64,000 bases of DNA from a virus, in IMG/VR virus record IMGVR_UViG_3300031839_002042, positions 1-64,000 of that record, one strand, 5' to 3'. Shown one piece after another: positions 39,901-45,304 of the stretch (the first letter of the stretch is position 1; each line of letters starts with the position of its first letter). The notes under the pieces were generated by a model that worked only from the letters and a program-made list of their open reading frames with translations, was not told the DNA's origin and did no database searches. A program made the position numbers and the translations under genes.

Positions 39901-40184
39901 TTTATAAATCTGATGGAGATACAGCTTCGGCCAGAGCTTTACTTCAAGAAGAACGAGCTAAGTTTTTGATGATTGATGTAGCAAAATTGGTAAACGGTAA
40001 GTTGAAGAAAATCAATGATCAAATTGGTGCAATCAAAGAACGTGATGCTCCTGGAGATAATGAGAAGATAGAAAAGCTGTATGATCAAAGAAATCAGTTG
40101 ATGAATAAATTCAACACCTTGTATTATCAGCGTGTAACTCCTAAAAAAGAAGCACCAACAACATTGGAAGCATTATTCAAATAA
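24927..40184 (+). CDS. giant 5085-aa polyvalent protein, DarB-like anti-restriction / ejection protein candidate
   Basis: Uninterrupted 15,258-nt ORF. The MTase motifs are VLDPSSGIGNYFG (aa ~2194) and ISNIPFG (~2259). The SNF2 motifs are GAGKT (~2865), DESQ (~3029), LSGTPISN (~3081) and LIGSTETMGTGVNVQ...QRNGRGLRQGN (~3340-3380). LHEIIGH lies at ~3824 and an H-G-T / G-x-G-I-Y / E triad at ~3996-4041. Gly/Ala-rich hydrophobic stretches lie at both ends. A hairpin+T6 terminator follows. Confidence 0.85.
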   Translation: MEQNNPANNDLLKKIREARKAASNQTDKASSDLKNATQDPAKKSNPLLKFVQKPQTNTAFTQPDTFSNPVPREPQAEQGFSTPSPLVSDGYQTVTKPLPNPSKPSNVRTLDQFKPSLPVSEIPSQNPTYRILGDRDLSREETMQMISQAKSMKDLERLQVDNDPEVMQGFEKRINEFKNQSSQTQVPAEKPVIDKPWWEDTWDGIRSGTRSALSALYEGGSEIADYVGTGGPMNPNSIGQYNMIKQLQAKGLRGAGLGAGLREMADTEKKRADIINSQADTESIGFFAGQMMPYVAGSAAAIASAPISAPLAAGLGTANVGALALASVGSGLQTYDQYKAEKGQEVDPYARLGVGLLYGGAEFAMERLSLNKLMPKQFKGKVASAMFGAVPGEVMEKEAKQLVEEFANSNSSRKAMIDGLLKDTGKGVIVEGSTEAATEVAQEFTNWLYYEKEDRGNWEELAKNTATAFAGGALMGAGLGPLSYGSQRLVNNKRREQAGKVVIAQNSNTGEAVEIVGISGQKPKSGKKSTSSGSVEGTVGSSLTYDVIRPNGRVAQLTEDEVGEVIELPTDVFKGLLNGKVDGQSAVESRLNQEIGSVAQNQEEEFKAKYEPYTYNDPINGQMIAMGKRNGVPVYIKTQTPNGFLIVDEEGVETLVPQQALTEVTQMPFGAFLETNAPVSPETAPPFDPTNPIQVGEPINYQDENWIVTGIDMDSGTIQLESEDSDGIFETVPVDLLQQLRKPKEELLQESTMDLDSTGAGKLRNIFSTGDQVKLETKESKLSDSSPFMIQETLDNVASKLGIPAFKAGSVHFSKAEAESRKWLVENLGEKGDEIADIMEFPQAANRLIDRIIQTKKVDSKSNNSQTTTINEPIQQTEPQQQTGQIDVQEEKNQENSTEASEGQKGLEGSGINQNEIDRINSESQWEDVKTASTSEDLAELYDVEVQNLEGINPIDNAIAQVIGKVNPESYARFGDRNNISKGSAGNWISKKGTGKQIDLIAQEASDFYGGDNSVSTQDVIDFMEKFTSAENITQPSGNPKLKEISDKYFALTGKKLNKSKAAKIRKELKGKSISKNDKGELLESDDQIADYLSNNPSIGEFLSNEFSNEDGSLNYEEALKILDTDPDWFTVFPGGFKENEVNSIRTILTNKLNEQSGNQGTNSAVSPASEADGGNQSRNDLPEAENKVDQTGSGVVDSREQQKPDSTDPQPTGEPKSRGRKSSRSNPSSSTVKLDEKAQKLTDELKDLWGQFGAGDKLRSGVSGQDFELAGKIIAKSAELGLVKFEQIINWVGENLGQETLRQKFDSFKAAYAAQLIFNNPQNEDLNAISKKKADDFIVEEKSEQTLFEEEVSSYVDGYYTDKNGLERKIKGVKFYQDETNRILLRLEKGNIILNGKEIRDAIDNTGDGPKFSNTKSEQSEPEVKSVKNETDRPTRKDILNDSSNPFVKKFKGLSYDQVEKWRIANKQPEGKTADQFWKYYFALQAEHQYQTLKSRNPQFTENHKAKAKVNGKEVELTYTIGISDRRPIEERTMFSAVNFSASNLDHIQKGLHIQGYINNLPNWDGPQTLEEAFRRMIEQRAKESSKKIIPVTIDDFRITGPNEESVPETTPILDNSGLVQLDLFGNPINVKNAKPGKSTKNIQTLEDQEKSSRSKVETIKDRKSATKQLKVVDDLLSEIENELKLAGYYNAGDLADKNEYPHYEHEKVFKKDLVKFSKALAKELGWEHRTDKKGKPIYAQTNIAPAGGDGDFTLFDPNSNQGVYISVNVSPDYESPSDNDPLIIDGKTRNWGGSGGDNAFLWRYATKEQPYGDGQNRWADSKTSVAEFKKKILDQLPSASPATKPTSLTEMIEAGEGRIMVVKPTPDKVEQPESTSKKEESSSEKVELDPDWNQSVSKAAAAIKKLGLTIPKSKAESMFDPDLRLKQLVDFVNSYLNDTFGNENPITDGKQGSGSNGQVRPTSGQSTKREQTSTVRPNEGNRNSQEISSGEAGGNESTDGQTEGTGLRPDNSRGTGKRKTDGDSGNERVNDSEIDGFGKADQSKLEKKTKQRKKNEANFSIPEGFSYPDTFKVAERFDANIKAIELVVEMIKENRNESTPEEKQVLFGYSGFGGIPDIARNPNYTYERFDSDAMRSRVKKVYDLINEIDPDGKLGVLSSLKSSINTAHYTEPEIIRAHYDLISKMGFQSGKVLDPSSGIGNYFGSMPVPMSQDAILTGVEMDYLTSEIFRRMYPGSKAINKPLQDANIVEGTFDLAISNIPFGSTKIYDPSWKGKKQPIYRIAQQKIHNYFVVKMIESAKEGGLISILTSNAVMDTESNRPIRQYMADNTYFIGAVRLPNTAFKGASGTKVVTDILFLQKRKAGESVSQQNPFVESSTQTKDGSKYSLNEYFISNPQNILGEIVGGGQYDAETGYTVEGSAENLRSKIVAALEKSAVTINYSPANDIELAKDGRQTEAYSGKDTIRSGNVFEKNEDFYEAVERNSNGEFTGEKINVFKKYVEPFRDFISIRQSLNELIDNERFGQPDSVLDPLRKKLKSSYNKFNNNHGRLNEYKNVFSADIDSFQVLALEVLDEKGKFKGLADIFEKRTINPNIRPTSADNPQEAILISLNEYNKINPARMQELLGENWLEQSKGLLFELPNGTYESRDQYLSGDIWEKIQQVKDNPAFKENLTELEKVLPKPIPFELISIPLGARYVDIDVYNEFIKDTFNTRAKIAYLEGLDSYKMSFTIHSDEYSTSRINTNEVIEKAFSDQTIRINNTIRHSDGSTTTEFNPVETAAANAVVDKLKTAWKTWLAGKQDIGNKIAETYNRLFNSTVKRRFDGSHMTFPGLRGITPRTHQADGINMLVQNNGGIIDHVVGAGKTLIMVIGSMELKRLGVAKKPLIIGKKSTVPQIYEAFQKAYPGAKVLAPTDKDFTASKRKKILSQIAVNDWDAIILTHENYGNILPDPETAVQVMQEEIDLLKLTVEEMRGMEKSQMTRKEIKGMEKRIDNLTAKIKELSDLNKDTEIMDFGKLGIDHIMVDESQSFKNLTYSTVHNNVAGLGTKDGAKKTYNLLMGVRHLQKIHKGDKGTTFLSGTPISNTMAELYLILKYLRPNKLRELGISTFDAWAKTFAEKSSELEFGVSGALKAKERFRRFINVPELAKLYTDIADVRNDSNLKLPKPGIKGGKEDFVLIKPSRNLEKFYKKLIHYATSGDGSVMNIEGLDYSSEEAKKAKMLKITDLATKASIDLRLVYPQAPFDPNSKLANVAADIASVYKETAKHKGVALAFMDSGKTSQYNPLFNGEREIKRILIDIYGVKPDEIQLMADHQTDAKKEKLFKKVNKGEVRVLIGSTETMGTGVNVQERVLAMRHVDIPWRPSDYEQRNGRGLRQGNIIAEDFYNNEVDVKVYGVERSLDAYKFELLAIKQHFIDQIKNGATSDRIMDEGEGDEDNGASFSEFMAAATGNPIIKEKAKNDKLLDQLNTSRIAFANRQGRARAMIERYNKGIANAESVISQLELYNSIAQKTKINEDYQLLVGGKPYEKVGEAGDALLDMRPYSEQAIELMKKGGQNLTPQATANGWDLYVFDKKMIDGTPFKNYIIAVTDPETGKRYYPKSGELAQGSVYVANTLKKYVNSIENQILDNQSYIKDEATKYIEQSKKVLEEKWPDEEKYQKALADQSRIAAEVAVMNEQEGKKNAEDSDVSSPMFSDDDPNPSPDKPTFFKKPNSLSEMMDRASMRATINPVEKPASTKQVEQWANEISKNWETKPEIKVFDNASQVIKSFPELEEYKSEIAEVPGMMIRNPRTGATQVVLIASHSYLNNKEGVDITLLHEIIGHYGLREGLRQRAKGNEAEYIKKYQDLMDVIFEAKKNDPMMSDIASRYFGRKIDALTKIQQTTVADEYIAHLAQTGIKDTFTDRIISKFRELLRSIGIDLKFNDSDLLNLIGNSRRFVEGKRKVNGNITDGVKFIKVKQDQTQTPAFKAWFGNSKVVDENGEPKIMYHGTNNEFTEFKISTKGALGAGIYLTPYKEDALKHGKIAMPVYVKIENPKIVNNREEDTQLLGSSLIYRRKKGIETFDGVIDQYGQMLALDPTQIKSANGNNGDFDGTNPDIRFMKVSDGSMPTPVRKATEEVAKKSWSELATERLQDHMVMSKKLINEKTAGKDPVKDKADFYTKENLSKGRALVQSENFVNKYWNPFLETAKQIVKETGLKQSDISDYLKAKHHGERKKYFIDKERESFTAMQNAKYMFSPELQVEYSPLEWADKIDADFEKKIKKYDATWPTGMTDEWADETVSNFESTVAEKQVKTLNKQVKAMSVFVNKKRFTSGMISKTVYNELMTQYQNYVPLRDWAGLEGMNENVYSPLMSAKGRTSEAADPIPFLFTAAQEAIMRGENNLVRQSLLEFVKEHVSPGDYFIRSAWYVKTGEQDEFGNDIWKETQNKPTQAQIDSGDAMRSFDPDVHRSVQQQGERKNVLPVLVKGKKVFIEFKNSEIPMAMKNLNQEQVPGWLSPIRSYTRWLSSMYTQYSPEFGFRNLIRDMGFAGFNISTERGLKTAAKTYSQVAKSMKTLTQFFWNEGEYPTGKDGNYLKEYMEEGAMTGYSDLKEVKEIFETAKREIDGLNAKGWQGVKSKVGSGFETALKPIDVYNRTFENAMRFAYYKTLREDGVSKQQSAIAAKDLTVNFNRKGTWSAGLGSIYIFFNASVQGTQTLLSKFAKPETRKKAYGFAGSIMALGMIQSIILGLSSDDDDDGKTYYEKIPDYIRRNNIIIPLPKQGEYMKIPLPYGLNVFYAMGESLGRVITGQGKPGMEALGVASVASNAFSPLGGYDFTSDNQRPFQGVAQLFTPSALQPVTDLMLNQNFAGFPIYRENFTPTQYKRPDSQMYFEGVNPAIRTVTDALNSATGGDQVKSGLIDINPEWIEYGFEQYFGGPVQFGQNAYATLAAIAGGENILKDPYYRKVPLLRSFMQKSGTEYQIKQDYYTNYNEIQAAKQAYELYKSDGDTASARALLQEERAKFLMIDVAKLVNGKLKKINDQIGAIKERDAPGDNEKIEKLYDQRNQLMNKFNTLYYQRVTPKKEAPTTLEALFK

Positions 40185-40190
40185 AAAGAA

Positions 40191-40213
40191 AGCCTGAGAA
40201 ATCAGGCTTTTTT
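40191..40213. terminator. bidirectional rho-independent terminator after the giant gene
   Basis: AGCCTGA-gaaa-TCAGGCT followed by TTTTT; it also ends the convergent minus-strand gene. Confidence 0.7.
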
Positions 40214-40466
40214 AATGATCTACTTTTGATTTCCGAAGAACAAATAACCAGATTCCAAACATCATCCATGCGGAATAGTATGCAATGATTAGGTAATCAT
40301 ATGCTAACCCTTCGGGTACCATTCGGAAAGGCCACTGAACGATTAAGCCAAAAAATATCATTCCTACACATATCCAGCACAAAGTAAAAAACACTGAGAG
40401 TACTGAAATCATAAATATTGATTGCTTCCAGTTTTCCTTCGTGATATGTTTGTCGAATAATCTCAA
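40212..40466 (-). CDS. small membrane protein
   Basis: 84 aa with two or three TM helices, convergent with the giant gene. Confidence 0.4.
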   Translation of the reverse strand: MRLFDKHITKENWKQSIFMISVLSVFFTLCWICVGMIFFGLIVQWPFRMVPEGLAYDYLIIAYYSAWMMFGIWLFVLRKSKVDH

Positions 40467-40586
40467 AATCAGTGGTTAAAGAACTCCAAATGAAAAGAAA
40501 AAACCTCTTATTTACAATACTTTTTTACTGAATTCCTATATTTGATCAAAGCCGGGAAGTCCTAGCTTAAAATAATCAGGTCAAAA

Positions 40587-40627
40587 CCCACAGCCTTGCG
40601 TAAATGCGCAGGGATGTGGGTTTTTTT
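40587..40627 (+). terminator. terminator-like hairpin + T7 immediately upstream of the portal-like gene
   Basis: CCCACAgccttgcgtaaatgcgcagggaTGTGGG then TTTTTTT. The track N-terminus MRRDVGFF of ORF 40604 is this hairpin read as codons. Confidence 0.5.
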
Positions 40628-40639
40628 ATTTATACCCTC

Positions 40640-42679
40640 ATGGAAAAACCACTCAATTCATCCCAGGAAAATATGACCGGTTCGGGAATAGACTGGTCAA
40701 ATTACAAGGAGTATCGCTTGTCTGATGAACAGATTGAAAGTGCTACCAATTTAGTGTTTGATGATCCAGAATTAGAAGAGTATGCCTATCGCCTTTTAGA
40801 AGATTGTCATACTTATTATGAAAACAACGAAGATTTCAGAAAAAGAAGAGAGGAATGCAGGGATTTTTATAAAGGTGATCACTGGAATGCAAAAATGAAG
40901 CATCCCGATACCGGTGAATGGATTACCCAGAAAGAATATATCCAGGAACAGAACATGGTTCCGCTTAAGCAAAACCAAATCAGGCAGATTCTTAAAAATA
41001 TGCTTGGGCAGTTCCGGGATAATAACAATGATAATATGGTCGTTTCCCGAGACCGTAATAAACAACAGCTTGGGGAAATGATGACAAAAGCCCTGCAGTA
41101 TTCCAAGCAGGCCAATCAAGGAAAAGAACTAGATGTAAGGCTATTTGAAGAATTTTTAATATCTGGTTACTTCGGATGTAAAACTTCCTATAGGTACATT
41201 TCAAAACGTGACATTGAAGATGTATGGATCGACATGGTTCACGCAAATCGAATTTTTTATAACACAGGTATTACCGATATCAGATTACATGAAATCCATA
41301 CCATAGGTGAAATATTGGATATGAGATTGGAAGATATAATTTCCAATTTTGCCAAAAATGAAGCAGATGCACAAACTATCCGTGAATGGTATGGAGCCGA
41401 AGAATCCGGAAGAAGAAACCGTGCATCCTACGGTATGACACTTCAAGACAGTTCGATTGTAGACAACATTGATTTTTATACTCCAGAAGATCCTTCCACA
41501 TGTAGAGTTTTTGAAATATGGGAAAAAATCAACACCAAAGTGTTTTTTGTCCATGATCCATACCATGCAAAAACCTATACAACGACAGAAACAGAAGAAG
41601 AGCTTCAGGAGCAAAATAACCAACGTATTCAGGAAGGGTTGGCTTATGGCATTCCAATGGAAGCGATTCAAGGTACTTTGTTGGATTGGGAAACTAGATA
41701 TGAGGATATCTGGCATTTCTGGTTTTTAACTCCAAATGGAAAAATCCTTTACCATGGAGAAACCCCTTATGACCATCAAGAAACACCATACACAATAGGT
41801 TTATATCCATTGGTGGACGGTAATGTTTGGGGAATGGTATATGATATCCTAGATCAACAAAAGCAGATCAACAGGCTATTGACTATGATGGATAAAATCA
41901 TTGGAGCAAGTGCAAAAGGAGTTCTTTTGGTTCCTGAAGGAGCAGTTCCAGAAGGATGGGATATTGATGATTTTGCCAGTGAATGGACAAAATCCAATGG
42001 AGTCATTAAATATAAACCTCTCCCAGGAGGGCAAAAACCAGAACAGATCCAAGCAAACAGCTTGAATGTAGGTGCTATCGAACTACTTCAGATTCAGTTC
42101 AATTTGCTTCGTGAGATTTCAGGAATAACAGATGCTATCCAAGGACAACGCCCAGCTGCAGGAACGCCATCTAGTTTATATGCGCAACAAACAAACAATG
42201 CAGCACTGAACAACAGGGATTATTTTGATTTCTTCAATTCCAGACTAGTGGAAAGGGATTTTAAAATAGTGAAGCTACAACAGCAATACTATGAAGAAGA
42301 TCGAATGATTATAATTTCAGGTCAAGAGTTTGATAATGCGATTGATTATTATGAGGTAGATAAAGTAAAAGACCTTGAATTTGAAATGGCCATGGGCCCA
42401 GGAATGAACTCTACTGTATTCAGACAGGTCTATGAAGATGCACTATTCAAGTTCCTTGAAATGGGCTTGATAGACCGGGATATTTACTTGAAAACTACTT
42501 CTATGCCTTTTGCCGACAAACTAAGATCAGCGATCAACGAACAGCAGGTAGAGCTACAAAAAGCCCAGGAACAACTTGCTGCCACGGGTGGAGATCCAGC
42601 CGGTAACCCACAAGCCATGCAACTACTGCAGCAATATGCTGGAATGGGCGGACAACAGCCAATGCAAGGAGCAGCTTAA
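40640..42679 (+). CDS. putative portal protein
   Basis: About 680 aa, the size and position expected of a portal; Gln/Gly-rich C-terminal tail. No recognisable motif, so the call is tentative. The start is moved to ATG 40640. Confidence 0.4.
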   Translation: MEKPLNSSQENMTGSGIDWSNYKEYRLSDEQIESATNLVFDDPELEEYAYRLLEDCHTYYENNEDFRKRREECRDFYKGDHWNAKMKHPDTGEWITQKEYIQEQNMVPLKQNQIRQILKNMLGQFRDNNNDNMVVSRDRNKQQLGEMMTKALQYSKQANQGKELDVRLFEEFLISGYFGCKTSYRYISKRDIEDVWIDMVHANRIFYNTGITDIRLHEIHTIGEILDMRLEDIISNFAKNEADAQTIREWYGAEESGRRNRASYGMTLQDSSIVDNIDFYTPEDPSTCRVFEIWEKINTKVFFVHDPYHAKTYTTTETEEELQEQNNQRIQEGLAYGIPMEAIQGTLLDWETRYEDIWHFWFLTPNGKILYHGETPYDHQETPYTIGLYPLVDGNVWGMVYDILDQQKQINRLLTMMDKIIGASAKGVLLVPEGAVPEGWDIDDFASEWTKSNGVIKYKPLPGGQKPEQIQANSLNVGAIELLQIQFNLLREISGITDAIQGQRPAAGTPSSLYAQQTNNAALNNRDYFDFFNSRLVERDFKIVKLQQQYYEEDRMIIISGQEFDNAIDYYEVDKVKDLEFEMAMGPGMNSTVFRQVYEDALFKFLEMGLIDRDIYLKTTSMPFADKLRSAINEQQVELQKAQEQLAATGGDPAGNPQAMQLLQQYAGMGGQQPMQGAA

Positions 42680-42712
42680 AAAGTCAGATATCAAAAGTAT
42701 AAAAGCAAAAAA

Positions 42713-42740
42713 CCCAGACTATGATTGGTCTGGGTTTTTT
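42713..42740. terminator. bidirectional terminator between the portal-like gene and the minus-strand cassette
   Basis: CCCAGAC-tatgattg-GTCTGGG followed by TTTTTT. Confidence 0.6.
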
Positions 42741-43471
42741 CTTAGATAAGGCATTGATTGTCCCATATCGCTTTCATCAAACAAATAATGAGTATTGCAT
42801 TTTTCACAATGTGATTTATAAGTCCATCCTTGATTTATTGTTCCATCGTGAATAATTTTTTCTCCACATTCTACACACAAACCTTTTCTATATTTTAAAT
42901 CTATCTGGTCTTGGGAATAGTCTTTTACAATTTGAAAATTAACACTTTCTGATTTTGATAAACCACTATTAAAATCAATAGATAAATCTACAATCCCAAT
43001 TTCACCATGCTTAAGAAACTTTGAGTTAAAAACCCCTATTTTACCGTGATCAGTTTCGATTTCAATCTTGTTAGGATGGTTCTCAGGATGAACAAGTAAA
43101 TGCGCTTCGCCTTTTTTCATGAACGGAATAGGAAGAACATCAACCCTAAATCCAATCGGGATATTAGGTATCACCATAGCATCTTTTAGTTTTATACGTT
43201 CAGATAACACCAAATCAAGCCTGTCCCCAATTCTACATCCATGTTGTGAGTGTTCCCCATTAGGTTCTTTTTCGATACCAGCTTCATCCAACCGTTGGTG
43301 AACATAATCTTTGAAGGCTTGGAGTTTAGAAGGTTTTTCTTCCAAGTGATCAATGTACGCATCCAGCGCATGGATATATTGTTTCAATTCAGGGTTTTCC
43401 TGAAACATTTTAGCAACATCCTTTGGGGTAAAATCCTCCGGAAAGAAAGTGGTAATGGTGGGACGGTTCAT
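42719..43471 (-). CDS. hypothetical protein with C-terminal zinc-ribbon
   Basis: 250 aa; the C-terminus CVECGEKIIHDGTINQGWTYKSHCEKCNTHY is a C-x2-C ... C-x2-C ribbon. Confidence 0.5.
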   Translation of the reverse strand: MNRPTITTFFPEDFTPKDVAKMFQENPELKQYIHALDAYIDHLEEKPSKLQAFKDYVHQRLDEAGIEKEPNGEHSQHGCRIGDRLDLVLSERIKLKDAMVIPNIPIGFRVDVLPIPFMKKGEAHLLVHPENHPNKIEIETDHGKIGVFNSKFLKHGEIGIVDLSIDFNSGLSKSESVNFQIVKDYSQDQIDLKYRKGLCVECGEKIIHDGTINQGWTYKSHCEKCNTHYLFDESDMGQSMPYLRKNPDQS

Positions 43472-43472
43472 T

Positions 43473-43685
43473 TTATTGTTTTTTAGGTATAAATTTTAAT
43501 CCGTAACCAAATGAACCTGAATTATCTTTTCCATATTTGGCATTCAAAGGATTTTCATGCAACCATAGATAAAAGATGAATTTTTTGATATCGGTTCGTT
43601 CTTGTTTAAAATCCTCATACAAGTTGTGTTGAGCCCTAATTTCATCGCTTATTTCAAAGCATTCATGCACTGGTCTAAATTCCAT
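43473..43685 (-). CDS. hypothetical protein
   Basis: 70-aa ORF. Confidence 0.4.
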   Translation of the reverse strand: MEFRPVHECFEISDEIRAQHNLYEDFKQERTDIKKFIFYLWLHENPLNAKYGKDNSGSFGYGLKFIPKKQ

Positions 43686-43688
43686 ACC

Positions 43689-43946
43689 TCAATCAATAAA
43701 ACCTCTATTTTTCAATGTTTTTGGATCACAAAGGATCGCTTTATCCGAATATTCATGTTCTGAAAGCTCTAGATATACAGGAACTTTCCCATTGATCAGT
43801 TCTTTGCTGTCATAGGTACGGCCTTTCTTGCCTGACTTAGTGATTACTAGCTGTCCTGGGTTTTTCATAGGAGTATTAACATTAAATCTTAGGTAAGTCA
43901 TTAAAATTGATTTCTCTCCTATTCTCATTCTCTTTATGCTCTGCAT
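43689..43946 (-). CDS. hypothetical protein
   Basis: 85-aa ORF. Confidence 0.4.
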   Translation of the reverse strand: MQSIKRMRIGEKSILMTYLRFNVNTPMKNPGQLVITKSGKKGRTYDSKELINGKVPVYLELSEHEYSDKAILCDPKTLKNRGFID

Positions 43947-44160
43947 GAGAAATTACCACATTCAGAACATCCCGAAGAACTTGGATAAGTTGGCCACATT
44001 CAGCTATAGATAATGGCAGGTCAGCAGCTTTTCCCTTGAGTATCACTACATCATTATTAGTATCAGCTACAAAGTTTAAGGCTATGCCTCCTTTTGAAAA
44101 CTGAAATCCTGTAATATTAACCGTAGCCTGATCCTTACTTTCGCTCATTTTTTTGGTCAA
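43882..44160 (-). CDS. hypothetical protein
   Basis: 92-aa ORF; overlaps the downstream gene by 65 nt, so the true start may be later. Confidence 0.35.
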   Translation of the reverse strand: MTKKMSESKDQATVNITGFQFSKGGIALNFVADTNNDVVILKGKAADLPLSIAECGQLIQVLRDVLNVVISHAEHKENENRREINFNDLPKI

Positions 44161-44476
44161 TAGTATGAATCATGAAAAATAGACTTGTAATCAGATCACT
44201 AAATTCAGTAGGAACTGTAGTGATTTCGTATTGACCAAATTTGTTTCGATTAATATTGAACCCTTCTCTTCTGAGATAGGAAATATGCCTATCAATGGTT
44301 CTTTTTGAAACATTCAACTCTTTCGCCAACGTTCTTAAGTGAATTGGTTTTTCAGAAAGAATCTTCACTAATTCAAACCTTTCAGATATATTAGAAATGA
44401 AATTTACTTGGGTTTTATTCCTTTTCAATCGGTCATAATCTCTAACCAATACAGACATTTCTTCGACTTCCATCAT
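44135..44476 (-). CDS. HTH-domain transcriptional regulator
   Basis: LRTLAKELNVSKRTIDRHISYLRREG is an HTH_11/DeoR-like helix-turn-helix. Confidence 0.55.
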   Translation of the reverse strand: MMEVEEMSVLVRDYDRLKRNKTQVNFISNISERFELVKILSEKPIHLRTLAKELNVSKRTIDRHISYLRREGFNINRNKFGQYEITTVPTEFSDLITSLFFMIHTIDQKNERK

Positions 44477-44645
44477 AACTTAATTTTAGTGTTAGGGATC
44501 AAACCGATTATCAAGCCTTTTGGCGTACTGACAGGGAGCATTTTCTTATCCAGTTTTTTATGATCCAATCCATTTTCCTTGCACAGGACATCCAGTGAAT
44601 AATACAGCTTGTATTCATTCCCATTATGTAGTAAATACTCCATAG

Positions 44646-44972
44646 TTATACTTTTAAGAACCGAACAGACAGGTAATTTTTAGTAGGAACCTCTTTCAAT
44701 TCACAGCCAATTTCTCTGGATCTAAGTTCCATGGCAGATTTCTCATTGTTCCACATGTTTTTTAGAGCGGATTTAAGAATCACAGATCTATTGGAAATCT
44801 CCACTGTATCACCTGCGTTAACTTCAGAATAATCCTTTACCGCTCCATTGAAAGGAAGTTTATCATAATTCCATGTCATAGCTTGATTTTGTCTAATTGT
44901 TTTTGGTGGATTTATTGTGAATGCAATGAAAACATTGAATATCCCAAGGGCTATAGATTTGATTCGCTGCAT
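44646..44972 (-). CDS. small secreted protein
   Basis: 108 aa; N-terminal signal-like MQRIKSIALGIFNVFIAFT. Confidence 0.45.
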   Translation of the reverse strand: MQRIKSIALGIFNVFIAFTINPPKTIRQNQAMTWNYDKLPFNGAVKDYSEVNAGDTVEISNRSVILKSALKNMWNNEKSAMELRSREIGCELKEVPTKNYLSVRFLKV

Positions 44973-44985
44973 AAGATTGTTGTTT

Positions 44986-45013
44986 AAAAAGTCCCGGATT
45001 ACGGCACCGGGAC
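44986..45013 (-). terminator. rho-independent terminator on the minus strand, downstream of the tRNA-like element
   Basis: Minus strand reads GTCCCGG-tgccgtaat-CCGGGAC followed by TTTTT. Confidence 0.6.
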
Positions 45014-45062
45014 AAACCTGCTCGACACGCTAAAACACATTTGCTTCATTCGCTTGTGGTTG

Positions 45063-45087
45063 TGGAGAATACAGGATTCGAACCTGT
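45063..45087 (-). other. tRNA 3'-end-like fragment (T-arm plus acceptor 3' strand), candidate att core or pseudo-tRNA
   Basis: Minus strand reads ACAGG-TTCGAAT-CCTGT-ATTCTCC-A, a perfect T-stem/T-loop followed by a 7-nt acceptor strand and discriminator. No D-arm or anticodon arm folds upstream. Confidence 0.5.
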
Positions 45088-45304
45088 GAAGTACCACCAG
45101 ATGAAAGGCAGCCTGACTAAAGAAAAGCAATCATCCCATTCCCCTAGTTAAAATAAAAGGCCAACTCCTTTTTCGGCATCTAAATGTTCCGTAGTCGGGT
45201 TTTTTCGGAATTCTGACAGGTGTTGTTACTCCTGAAATTGTGATTGACAAATACCCATATCAAGCACTCCACACATGGACTATATAGGAACGGTATGTAT
45301 ATCT

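Noticed and set aside
40604-40639. N-terminal 12 codons (MRRDVGFFIYTL) of the 691-aa portal-like ORF
   Set aside because: The nucleotides form a GC hairpin plus T7 terminator; the start was moved to ATG 40640.
45063-45145. A complete tRNA gene on the minus strand ending at 45063
   Set aside because: Only the T-arm and acceptor 3' strand are present. No D-arm or 5+7+5 anticodon arm can be folded upstream. A GGGGAAT partner for the acceptor stem would imply an 82-nt molecule without a cloverleaf. It is kept only as a tRNA-like fragment.
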